A stretch of DNA of 64,000 nucleotides, taken from NCBI RefSeq assembly GCF_009834535.1, contig NC_045697.1, positions 105,278,001-105,342,000 of the forward strand, given 5' to 3'. The notes beneath the pieces were generated by a model. The model worked only from the letters and a program-made list of their open reading frames with translations. It made no database searches and was not told the origin of the DNA. Source of the stretch: Camelus ferus (Eukaryota). Below, one piece after another: positions 38,989 through 50,735 of this stretch; position 1 is the stretch's first letter, and every line of letters begins with the position of its first letter. A program made the translations under genes and the position numbers.

Positions 38989-40787
38989 CTAAAAGAAGTT
39001 TGCCACCATCGGAGCCTTCAGCAAGTCATAATCTTTTTGCTGGTGGAGGGTCTTGCCTCGATGTTGGTAACTGCTAACTGAGCAGAGCAGTGGTAGCTGA
39101 AGGCTGGGTGGCTGTGGCAATTTCTTAAAACAAGACAACAGTGAAGTCTGCTGCCATCGATTGACTTTTTTGCACAGATGATTTCTCTGCAGCATGCAAT
39201 ACTGTTTGACAGCATTTTATCCACAGTAGAACTTCTTTCAAAATTGGAGTCAATCCAACATAATATTGTATGTCTGCTATATTTCAATTAAAAAATGGAA
39301 TCAATCCTTTCAAACCCTACCACTGCTTCATCAACTAAGCTGATGTAATATTCTAAGTCCTTTGTTTCATTTCAACAAACTTCAGAGCATCTTTATTAGG
39401 AGTGGATTCCATCTCAAGCAACCACCTCCTTTTCTCGCCCTTAGGAAGCTACTTCTCATCCATTCACGAGACTGCAGCAATTCTGTCACACCTTCGGGCT
39501 CCACTTCTAATTCTAGTTCTCTTACTGTTTCCACCACATCTGCAGTTGCTTCCTCCACTGAAGGCTTGAACCCCTCAAAGTCATCCATGAGGGTTGGAAT
39601 CAACTTCTTCCAAACCCCTGTTAATGTCAATACTTTGAACTCTTCCCATGAATCACAGACATTCTTAATGGCATCTAGAATGTGAATCCCTTCCAGAACG
39701 TTTTCAATCGATTTTACCCAGATCCATCAAAGGAATCATTATCTACAGCAGCTATAGCTTTACGAAATGTATTTCTTAAAAAATAAGACTTGAAAGTTGA
39801 AATTGCTCCTTGATCCACAGGCTGCAGAACAGATGTGTTAGCAGACATGAAAACTTTAATCTCGTCATTCATCTCACCTCCATCAGAGCTCCTGGGTGAC
39901 CAGATGCACTGTCAATGAAAGGCATCTGTGAAAGGCATCTTTTTCTCTAAGAAACAGGTCTCAAATGTTCAGTGAACCATGTTGTAAACAGCTGTGCTGT
40001 CATTCAGGCTTTGTAGTTCCATTTGTGGAGCACAGGCAGAGTAGACTTAGCATAACTCTTAAGGGCTCTAGGATTTTCCTAGTGGTAAATGAGCACTGGC
40101 TTCAACTTAAAGTCACCAGTTGCATTAGCCCCTAACAAGAGTCACCATGTACTCTGAGGTTTTGAAGCCAGGCACTGACTTCTCCTCTCTAGCTATGGAA
40201 GTCCTAGAAGGTTATCATCTTCCAACAGAAGGCTGTTAAGCCTATACTGAAAATCTGTGGTTTAGCACAGCCACCTTCATGAATTATCTTAGCTCAACCT
40301 TCTGGACAACTTGCTGTACTTTCTTTATCAGTACTTGCTGCTTAATTTTGCACTTCTGTGTTATGGAGTCTTTCCATAAGCTTCATGAACCAACCTCTGC
40401 TAGCTTCGAACTTTTCTTCTGCAGCTCCCTCACCTCTCTCAGCCTTCACAGAGTTGAAGAGAGCTAGGGTTTTGCTTTGGATTAGGCTTTGGCTTAATGG
40501 AATATTGTGGCTAGTTTGATCTTCTGTCCTGACCACTAAAACTTTCTCTGTATCAGCAATAAGGTTGTTTTGCTTTCTTATCATTTGTGTGTTCACTGGA
40601 GGAGCACTTTTCATTTCCTTCAAGAACTTTTCCTTTGCATTCCCAGCTTGGCTCACTGACACAAGAGTCCTAGCTTTTAGCCTGTCTCACCTTTCAATAT
40701 GCCTTCCTCACTAAGCTTAATTATTTCTAGCTTTTGATTTAAAGTGAAAGACATAAGTCTTCCTTTCATCGAACACTCAGAAGCCAT
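38989..40787 (-). pseudogene. Disabled Tigger1 transposase (CENP-B-type HTH plus DDE)
   Basis: ATG at 40787 gives MASECS..LNQKLEIIKLSEEG, then a stop. Fragments [23 protein letters not shown] and [31 protein letters not shown] lie in separate ORFs split by stops and indels. Confidence 0.9.
39257..39291 (+). mobile_element. About 35-bp extreme 5'-truncated L1 tail inside Tigger1
   Basis: AACATAATATTGTATGTCTGCTATATTTCAATTAAAA between AAAATTGGAGTCAATCC and AAAATGGAATCAATCC, a duplicated Tigger1 target. Confidence 0.7.
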
Positions 40788-40813
40788 TTTAGTGTTATTA
40801 ATTGGCCTAATTT

Positions 40814-41277
40814 TTTTTATTGAAGTATAGTTGATTTACAATGGTGTGTTAATTTCTGGTGTATAGCATAGTGATTCAGTGATACAAATACATATTCTTT
40901 TTCATATTCTTTTTCATTATAGGCCATTACAAGGTATTGAATATAGTTCCCTGTGCTATTTAGTAGGGCCTTGTTGTTTATCTATTTTATATATAGTAGT
41001 TTGTATCTATGAATCCCAAGCTCCTAATTTATCCCTCCTCACCTCCTCCTCCCACCCCGATAAGTTTATTTTCTATGTCTGTAAGTGTGTCTCTGTTTTG
41101 TAAATAAGTTCATTGTGTGTTTTTTTTTTTTTCAGATTCCACATATTAAGTGGTATCATATGGTATTTTTCTTTCTCTTTCTGGGCTTACTTCACTTAGT
41201 ATGATGATCTCTAGGTCCACCCAAGTTGCTACAAATGGCATTATTTTATTCTTTTTCATTACCAAGTAGTATTCCAG

Positions 41278-41334
<57 letters not shown>

Positions 41335-41841
41335 ACACCACAACTTCTTTATCCAGTCATCTGTTGATGGACATTTAGGTTGTTTCCATATCTTGGCTAC
41401 CATAAGTATTGCTGCTATGAACACTGGAGTGCATTATCTTTTCAAATTAGAGTTTCCTTTAGATATATGCCCAGGAGTGGGACTGCTAGATCATATGGTA
41501 AGTCTATTTTCAGTTTTTTAAGGAATCTCCTTAATGTTTTCCATAACAGCTGCACCAAACTACATTCCCACCAGCAGTGTAGGAGGGTTTCCTTTTCTCC
41601 ACCCCTTCTTTGGCATTTATCATTCATGGACTTTTGAATGATGGCCATTCTGACTGGTGTGAGGTGATACCTCATTGCAGTTTTGATTTGCATTTCTCTG
41701 ATAATTAGTGATGTTGTGCCTATTGGCTATCTGTATGTCTGCACTGGAGAAATGTTTAAGTCTTCTCCCTATTTTTTGCCTGGGTTGTCTGCTTTTTTGT
41801 TATTGAGTTGTATGAGCTGTTTGTATATTTTGGAAATTAAG
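40814..41841 (-). mobile_element. 5'-truncated LINE-1 (about 1 kb) inside Tigger1, with long (TG)n
   Basis: ORF2 C-terminal peptides [19 protein letters not shown].. and [39 protein letters not shown] (40799-40813) and TAACTGGCCTAATTT (41842-41856). Confidence 0.95.
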
Positions 41842-42236
41842 TAACTGGCCTAATTTCAATATTGTTGTGTTTCAGGGAATAGGGAGGCCTGAGGAGAGGG
41901 AGAGAGATGAGAAGACGGCCAGTTGGTGGAGCAGTCAGAGCACACACATACCATTCATTGATTAAGCTTGCTATCTTATATGGGCATGGTTTGTGATGCC
42001 CCAATTTAAAGAGTAACATCAAAGATCACTAATCATAGATTACCATAACGAACATAATAATGAAAAAGTCTGAAACACTATGAGAATTACTGAAATGTGA
42101 CACAGAGACATGAAGTGAGCAAATGTTGTTGAAAAAAATGGTGCTTACAGACTTGCTCAATGCAAAGTTACCACCAACCTTCAATTTGTAAAAAACGCAG
42201 TATCTGTGAAGTGCAATAAAATGAGGTCTGCCTCTA

Positions 42237-42385
42237 CTTTTAATTTTCATAAAAGGCCCTACTATTTTAACCACTGCATAGAGAAAACAGCCTCAGAAGT
42301 GAAATGGCTTGTTCAAACTCACAAAACCTACCAAGACTCGACCCAAGATCAAAAGACAAATCTGTCCAACTCCAAGTCTCCCAAT
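42237..42385 (-). mobile_element. MIR relic, continuing the MIR at about 38740-38799 that was split by Tigger1
   Basis: AAAACAGCCTCAGAAGTGAAATGGCTTGTTCAAACTCAC..TCTGTCCAACTCCAAG; left part ATATTAATCAAGCACTTACTA. Confidence 0.55.
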
Positions 42386-42990
42386 CTCAGGCAGCTCAAT
42401 CAGTGAGCAGGGTATTAAGGGACCAAATACCTATTACACAGATGTAATCATTATGTATTTTTATAGCACATAAAATTAATGCCTATAATTTCCATGACAT
42501 TATACATTCAATAGGCTAGTCTGGGTATTTTATTCTAAATTATAATGTAATTTCTTTTTCAAAATATGCTATGAATGGCAGTAATCAATTTAGCAGAGTT
42601 TTTAAAACATAATCTATTTATAGGTTACTAACTTCTTACTGCCAACCAAGAGATCTGTTTTGAAGAAAAGATTAAAGTAAATCACTCTAAGTAATATTAA
42701 AAGAAGGCTATAGATAGGATCTTATAAATAAAGTAGGACCGCACATAAAGCAGTGAAACAGTATTACCCCCTCTCCCAACAAAAAAGACCTGCCCCCACC
42801 CATATTCTAAAAAATGAAAATGGTTAAAGTCTCAATGTCTTCACAGACAGTATCTTCAAAACCAGTTTGTAACCACAAGATAAAGATAATTTACCCAAAG
42901 TGTAAATAAAGCCTATAATAAATAAACTCTCAGAATCATCTCAAAATTAACCTGTGACAAGGGTTAAAATATTCACAACTTGATTATTTT

Positions 42991-43160
42991 ACTTTTGTTT
43001 TTTTGTTTTTTCCTTTCTCCTTCTTTTTCCTTTTTTTCCCCCTTGGGGGAAGAAGTAATTAGGTTTATTTACCTAATTTTTAAGTGGAGGTACTAGGAAT
43101 TGAACCCAGGACCTTGTGCATGCCAGGCAGGCACTCTACCACTGAGCTATCTCTCCTCCC
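42991..43160 (-). mobile_element. vic-1-type camelid SINE (tRNA-Ala-derived)
   Basis: Minus strand reads ATAGCTCAGTGGTAGAGTGC..GGTTCAATTCC..AAATAAACCTAATTAC plus an A-rich tail. TSD TTGATTATTTT at 42980-42990 and 43162-43172. Confidence 0.85.
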
Positions 43161-44483
43161 TTTGATTATTTTAATACAGGATAACATGTAGGGTAGAATG
43201 AACCATCATCATGCTGCATGTTTCATTAAACTGCATAAAAAGTGGCTATAATAATATGAACTAAAGCTGCAATATTGAATGATTGTCTAGCACTTTCCTT
43301 TCTGAGCTGAGAAAAACCAAGCCTTAGGCAATAAGGATGGCGATAAATCCACTGCAGGAAGAGGTGTTTTACCTTCAAGTAAATCAAGACAACGCAGTTA
43401 TAACTTTCCTAGGCTCCAGTTTACAGTAGCCGAGAAATGTAGTCGATCCTGGTTTCTTTTAGAAAGATTTCACACTTGGGCCTCTGGTTAACAATTATGG
43501 GTTTTCTCTATTTGAATGGGTCTGAAATTAAACACGACGGCTTTGCCACAATTTTACAAAGTTTTATGAAATGTTAAACAGCAGCTGTGTGACTCTGGAT
43601 TCGCCACACCAAAATGTAAACCAACATCACCAGTGCAAAGGGGCTAAGTTTACAACTTTAACACTGTAATCCAAGGACACAGTTTGACTTCACAAGGTCT
43701 ATAAATAAGCACCTTTTAAAGCTGAATGACAGCAATAAGGAACTACCACTTAGTAAAAACGACAGGGGTTTTTGTTGTCTTTTAAAAACCAAGACTCCCT
43801 GGCAATTTGGGGGGAAGGAAAAGCAATAAATTTTACGTAGACTACACTTGGCATCTACTGTTCCACATATTCAAAGCAGAATTCAAATGATCATATATGA
43901 TAAATAATGCATGTTTCCTGTTAACCCAAATATTAAGAATATAAAACCAACATTTTCTACATGTACTAACAGAAGCTAAAAATTTTCACATCAATAGGTG
44001 AATATCTGGTAGTAATTTACTTACTCATATATATATATGTTTTATACACAGTGCAGTATACACCTTTATATGTATTTAAAAGCACACTGGATTCTCTTTG
44101 CCCATAAGAAAGCATAATGTGAATTGTATTACTGATTTATTTTTTCTGAATATTATTGACAAAGGAATAAAGACATACCACATGACCCCATTAAGTTTTT
44201 TTTTTAATTCTAATGGCACACATGAAACTTACTAATATTCTGCACATCAACACCAGGCATGGTTTCTGAACTTATTCCTCAAGCCTGACATTCAGTACAC
44301 ATGCTAAACAAACAAGAAACTGTATTTGCTGAATGTAATTTCCCCCAACTGCATACAACAGGTTTTTCTTATTCTATTTGGTAAAAACGACAGACTTTCC
44401 GTGTTTTCATCAATTCTGTAGCCAAAATGTTCTATTATCTGTTCTTCATAAGACGCAATGTAAGTGGAGAACTGTGAACTCAC

Positions 44484-44531
44484 TTAATAAAACATTTCAC
44501 TGCGTTGTACTGTTTCTTTTCAAAATCAGTT
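44484..44531 (-). other. Candidate 48-nt internal exon (phase 2, TDFEKKQYNAVKCFI)
   Basis: Acceptor tacttttttag, donor TAA|gtgagt. Length is 3n and only one frame is open. Confidence 0.15.
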
Positions 44532-46574
44532 CTAAAAAAGTACTGGGAGCTGGGCGTATCGGTAAGCACTCTGCAATTATAGGTCCCATAGTAACTGCAA
44601 AGGAAGACTCAACAGTGACAAAGGTCATCAGGGCAAAGTCTGAACAACTCTATTCCTGGAAGAATCCTCTCCCAGGATGCCATTTTCCTGAAGGCAGAAG
44701 GGAGATCCTAGATCTTCCCATGCCCATTTTATCAAAGTGGAGGAACATGCCTCTGGGTGTCCACAGGCCCTTCAGAGGTTAGCAGGCATCTAAGCACAAA
44801 CAGGACTTGGATTCAGGGAGCTGCATCGTAACCACGGAGACCCACCTATAGGACAGCAACACGGAGCCTGCCAAAGACAGGATGTGAGAGAGAAGCTACC
44901 ATTGAAATGAAAGAACAAATCCCCAGGAAAACAGACTTATCACATCACCATTATATAACAGGAAGAAACCCTATGCATCACGCGGCTTGTGCTAAAATGC
45001 TTAGTGATCTCATTGTTACCATAACAAATTATCTGCCAGAAAAGCCCTTCAAGGTCAAACCCTGGCAACAATTAAAAAATAATGAAAAGCATTCATCCCT
45101 AAGGCAGAGTTAGAATGTTTTAGTTTGAAGCAACATGCTGTATATTTTATTAGCTATAACTTGTTTAATTATTCATTGCAACTCTTCTTCTATTCCGTGC
45201 AGAAACCTCAGGTGGCTCAGATTTTTATCTGAAACTCTTTTTTTATTTTCCTTATTCAAGGGCAAATGCCTTAAGAGACCAAAATGTCTATCCACTATTT
45301 TCAACTGGACAGAAAGATATATTTGTTTAGAATAAAATACTAAATTAAAGCCAGCAAGAGACAGATGGAAAAAGAGGGGGGAGGGAAGGGTGAGGAAAAA
45401 AGAGAGACAGACAAGACACATGATTTCATCGTTGCAAATCATGCAAACCTCTGGACTAGACTTTCTACCAGGATGCTCCTTCTGTACCTGGGCCACGCGT
45501 GCCCCTCGAGTCCTGCCTGCCTTCTCCATGCACCTGTGCTGCTCTCTGTGTCCAGGACCCTGTTCAGTCTTAAAGGCTGGCTGGAGCATCACCAGCCACC
45601 TTCCAAAAGCCTCCACATGGTTTCCCATCAGTGATGCCACCAGTCTCTCCTTGAGTTGCTTCCTGGCACGTTTTGCCCCTAAATACAGGGCTGTTGTCAT
45701 CGGGTTAATAACCGTGCTCTCTGCTGGAGGAGCAGACAGGTATGGAGGAAGTGGGGGCATCCTGCACTGGGATGCCAATGTGACTGGTGTCTGCATGCCT
45801 CAAACCAGCCTGAGGAATGTCTGCAGAGAAGGTCCCCTCGCTCATGTGAAATTGAGGACCCCCCTCCCTCTTTCTCCTCGGCTCTGAACATGACACTTTA
45901 ACATCCAAATTCACAGGGCCACTTCCTTTGTGTGGGCACAGATCTGAGCCACAGGTGAGTCTCAAAGGGGTCGGATTCCAGAACAACGAACGGCATACCT
46001 TAGCTCTCCTTTCCATACACATGAAAGCCTTCATGAGTAACCTGACGGTAATTTCCCATAACCGTGACCACCGACATTCCATACACGTGGTCAGCCTCAC
46101 ATGTGGTGATGCCAACAAGAGCGAGATTCGGAGTCCAACTGGGGAAATTGGAGGCAACAGACTCAGATCATCAAAACATCTCTTCCCCTGGAGGGATCAC
46201 AGTGATTCATTCCACAACCTCATTTTAGAGTCCAAGGGAGAAAACCCTTATGGCCAGAAGAATGAAGTAGCTTGCTGAGCATTACAGAGTCACATCGAGG
46301 GCCGGACCCCAGGCCCCCCTAACACCGGGTCTGTAGCACCTCTGTTACACTACAAATTGCTGGAATTTGAGAACTCCCTGTGATCAACTGCAAAAGAAGG
46401 ACTACAGAATCTTAACTTCTTTCTACTCTGCTATTCTTTAGAGCTTGTCTTGTTCCTAAATCAATGATAAAAAATGTCTTTCTCTCACACGTGCCATTTT
46501 CCTGGGCTTCGTCTTGGCCTCTCTGCACACAGGTGTGGGGGGGTCCATCTACACACCTGGTCTAGTCTATCTTC

Positions 46575-47572
46575 ATTTTTCCTGAGTGACACGACCCCTG
46601 TTATGTGCAGGGCAGCACTCCCCAGCTGAGAAACTACATACCCCAACCCCTGGTTCAGTTGCAGATGACAGAGACCTAACTCTGGCCCAGGAGATATAAG
46701 CAGAAGTTGCCAGTGGGAGCTCCCAGGAAAGCTCTTTAAAAGTGAGCAGACTTAAATGGCTGGTGCCTTTATCTCCTTGCCTATTACCTTCTCTGTTCCT
46801 AGGAAGATCCTGGAGATGTAGCAGCCACTTTGTCATCACGAGGCAACAAGCATGAAGACGAAAGCTGGACAACCAAAGGGAAGGCTAAACAGAAAATCAT
46901 AAAGATCCTCAGAGCCGATGACATTGTCAGGCTACCTGCCTGCCTTGGGGTTACCTTTCTAGAGACAAAAAAAATGGACCTTGGTTTTTTGTTTGTTTGT
47001 TTGTTTTCAAATTGAAGTATAGTTGATTTGCAATGTTGTGTCAGTTTTAGGTGTAGAGCAAAGTCATTCAGTTGTACATATACATATATATCCACAAATC
47101 ATTTTTCAAATTCTTTTCCATTATAGGTTATTATAAGATATTGAATATAGTTCCCTGTGCTATACAGTAGAAACTTGTTGTTTATTTTATATATACTAGT
47201 GTGTATCTGCTTAACCCAAACTTCACATTTACACCTCTCTACCTTTCCCCTTTGGTAACCATAGTTTATTTTCTGTCTGTGAGTCTATTTCTGGCTTGTA
47301 AAAAAAAGTTCATTTGTATCATTTTTTTTAAGATTCCACATATAAATGATATCATATGATATTTCTCTTTCTCTGTCTGACTTACTTCACTTAGTATGAT
47401 AATCTCTAGGTCCATCCATGTTGCTGCAAATGGCATTATTTCATTATTTTTTATGGCTGAGTAATATTCCATTGTGTATATATATAGATCTTTATCCACT
47501 CATCTGTTTGATTAAGCCACTGTGGCTTGAGTTTTCTGTTACATACAGCTAAAATTATTGCTTATTTATATA
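46575..47572 (+). mobile_element. MLT1 (MaLR) solo LTR, MLT1I/J/K-like, split by an L1
   Basis: GAGATATAAGCAGAAGT..GCAGCCACTTTGTCATCACGAGG before the L1 and TTAAGCCACTG..TTTTCTGTTACATACAGCTAAA after it. Confidence 0.75.
46983..47506 (-). mobile_element. 5'-truncated LINE-1 inside MLT1
   Basis: (TTTG)n tail followed by TTGAAGTATAGTTGATTTG. ORF 47266-47499 gives MEYYSAIKNNEIMPFAATWMDLEIIILSEVSQ. Confidence 0.95.
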
Positions 47573-49842
47573 CCAGGTGTCAACAGATGTCACCATGAAC
47601 AAGGAAAAAAAATCACAATTCTGTATTTTCAATTGTACACTTCAAAAAAAAATTTTTATGGTAGCATGTTTAGACCAACCACTGACTGAATGCTAACTTA
47701 CTGGAATTAACATACAGCAACACTGCTCTGAGGGGGAGAACTGGTTGGGACAACTCTTGGAAGAGATACCAGTGTGTCCCACTGTGAAAAATACAACCAT
47801 CTATATGCTTTAAGTGATAAAACTGGTTGTATCTTGAGAAAACTTGAGGTAGAGTGGGTCCATAGCTTGTGGTAATCTCTTAAGAATTTAACAGTGACAG
47901 CAACATCCCCTATAGGAACTGGGGACACTGTTTTCTCAAAAGGATATATTTTTATTCTAAATAGCTGATTTCTCAATGTCTAAATTCTGAAATTTAGAGC
48001 AAGCAGGATTTTACAGGTGGTGCAAAGAACATTCAGGCATCTAGTTACCCACATCCCATCAAACACTTTGTAGCCAGAAATACAGTCAGAATCTGGATGC
48101 ACCACTAAAAATCCTTCCACCTACACTGCGTTTCTGATAAGTCCTTTTCTCTGTCCAGATTCCTTCCTGAGACTATCCAAGAGTTCCCAGCTCCTAGTAT
48201 CTCTGCCTCAGCCAGACAGATTCATTTTTATTCTGGTCTCATTTGCAAATTCTAGTAAGCTGAAATGAGAAAACGGCTTCAGAAAATAACTTATCTGCTA
48301 CAGTAGTTTTCTTTACTTTTTCTCAGAGTATTAGGCAAGTTAACTAAAAGTCCAATATGTTAGGATGAAACAGTAAACTACTGTAAGACTGCATCAGCCT
48401 TAGACAGTCACTCTTCTAAATTTCAAATTACACAAATTTTACTCTTCAAAATGTCTATTTGTAGCACATCACAACGTCTCATAAAAACATATCAACCATC
48501 AGCACCAATCTCAACATATAAAGCAAGACAGAAAATGACAAAATGCCTAGCTATCAAGAGGAGAACATTAAACAGTCATTTATTTGGAACTAAACAAACC
48601 TATTTCTTAAAAATGCATGTCATTCAGTCTCTATTCTGCCCAAACACTTACTGTAGTCAATGGAAGAACTAGTAGGGATGGCTGACAACTGAGAGGCACT
48701 CTTCAGTCATGGGGCTGGTAGGACACTCAGCTGAGAAAGTGCAGTTTCTCTGGTTCTCTTGAAACTAGGACATCCTCAGGCAGAGGACTTGGGTGGCATA
48801 GATCCAGCAGGTTGGAAAGGGACATGTGAACTCATACGCACTGTCTGGGCAGGTACCCTACAGCACGCTGGCTTACACGAGAAAGCCTTGCTTGGCTAAG
48901 ATCGTAACTAAGCTATGCTACATGTCAATACTTTAAAGACATGTTACACCTCAACTGATTCAATGTTCAGTTTCAAGGTCTATCTTTCACTGAAGATTTC
49001 CATTTTCACCTACCAAAGCAGCACACATGGCTCTTCCTAAGACTCAAGGAGAGCCTCCCTCAGCCATTCCCCCTGGACTTGGAGGCAATCCAACTTGCAA
49101 TTAACAGCAGCGAGGGGCCAGGCTGGGTCCTGCAGAAAGAGCGAAACCCCACGTGACAAAGAGCTCACTGCAGACAGAGCCCGGTCCAGCTGTATATGAA
49201 AAGAAAGATGGCAGGTGCTTTGCCAGGAGTCTACGGTGCACAGCTACAGTGGTTCAGCTGCGGGATTCAAAAGATGGGCGTTCCCACTGGAAATGCACTA
49301 GTTTAGGGATATTAATTTGGTAAATTTACCTGTCTCTTCTGTTTACAGTATATTTTCAAAATATACTGTTTTGTAGTTTCAGAAGTCTTTTTGTCCTGTG
49401 CTTTTCTCTTTCCTCATTTATCTCTTAGTTTTATTTTGGTGAAATATGGGGCTTTCCTCTCTTCACAATTACAGGAAAAATCTCTCATTTAGAGAGGTTG
49501 CCAGTTTAAATTTTGATAAGATAATCTTTGTTGATAAGAATTTAAAAACTAAACCGTACCAAAAAGCACATTCTTTGGATCAAAAGAGATGTATTTTGCA
49601 TCATCTATGCACTGTATAGTGCTTGCATGGAGATAATCAAGTCTTACACGTATATTATTTTCTTTAAATATTCAGAACACACGGTATTGTTCACCAACTA
49701 TAACAGAGCTTTAAGAACAGAAATACTTAAAGGATAAAGAATGTTGCTGAGGCTAAAAATCTACATTTACAGACTATTTTTCATATTAAAATGAACTAAG
49801 AAATTTAAATGCTAAATATTATTGAAAAAAAATTGCATCTGT

Positions 49843-50735
49843 GCATGCTACATCATCAGGGAAATGCAAATTAAAAGAATGCAATGCACTACACACCTAT
49901 TAGAAAGGCCAAAATCCAGAACACTGACAACACCAAATCCTCGCAAGGATGTGGAGCAACAACAGGAACTCTCATTATTGGTGGGAATGCCAAATGATAC
50001 AGCCACTCTAGAAGACAGTGTGGCATTTTCTTACAAAACTAAATTACTCTTAGCGTATGATCCAGTAATCATGTTCTTTCGTATTTACACAAATGAACTT
50101 ACTTAAAGCCACAGAAAAACCTATATAAGAATGTTTACAGCAACTTTATTCGTAATTGCCAAAACTCGGAGGCAACCAAGATGCCCTTCAGCAGGTGTGG
50201 TCCATCCAGATAACAGACTACCATCCAGAGCTAAAAAGAAATGAGCTACCAAGCCATGAAAAGACATGGAGGAACCTTAAATGCACATTACTAAGTGAAA
50301 GAAGCCAGTCTGAAAAGGCAACATACCGTATGACTCCAACTACATGACATTCTGGGAAAGGCAAAACCATGGAGACAGTGAGAAGTTGCCAAGGGCTGGT
50401 AGGGGAGGGAGAAAGAAGACTAGGTGGAACAAAGAGGATTTTTAGGGCAGTGAAAATACCCTGTATGACACTGTGATGAGTGGTAGGTGCCTGGCATTAT
50501 ACATGTGTCCAAACTCAGAGAACACACAACGGTAAGAGTGGACTCTAATGTAAACTATGGATTTTGGGTGATACTGTGTCAATGTAAGCTCACCCTTGGT
50601 AACAAATCTACCACTCCGGTGAACGATGCTGCTAATGGGGGAGGCTATATATGTACAGAGAAGGGGGCATACGGGAATCTCTGCACGTTCCTCTTAATTT
50701 TGCTGTGAACCTCAAAGTGCTCTTCACAAAAGCCT
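49843..50735 (+). mobile_element. Older LINE-1 3' end (L1MC1/2-like)
   Basis: IIREMQIK..; ACATGGAGGAACCTTAAATGCACATTACTAAGTGAAAGAAGCC; TAATGTAAACTATGGA..TTTTGCTGTGAACCT. Confidence 0.9.

Larger units (their letters stand above)
38802..42234 (-). mobile_element. Near-full-length Tigger1 (pogo/TcMar) DNA transposon, interrupted by two L1 insertions
   Basis: TA-CAGGCATCC... and ...GAGGTCTGCCTC-TA termini with TA target sites. About 2.3 kb once inserts are removed. Colinear with the recalled Tigger1 consensus. Confidence 0.95.

Noticed and set aside
38989..40787. Possible domesticated TIGD1-like gene
   Set aside because: Early stop, frameshifts and an internal L1 insertion. It is a dead Tigger1 copy.
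45173..46278. Cluster of long overlapping ORFs (207, 165, 150 and 116 aa)
   Set aside because: Locally higher GC lowers stop frequency on both strands. The peptides resemble no family I know and I found no convincing exon boundaries.
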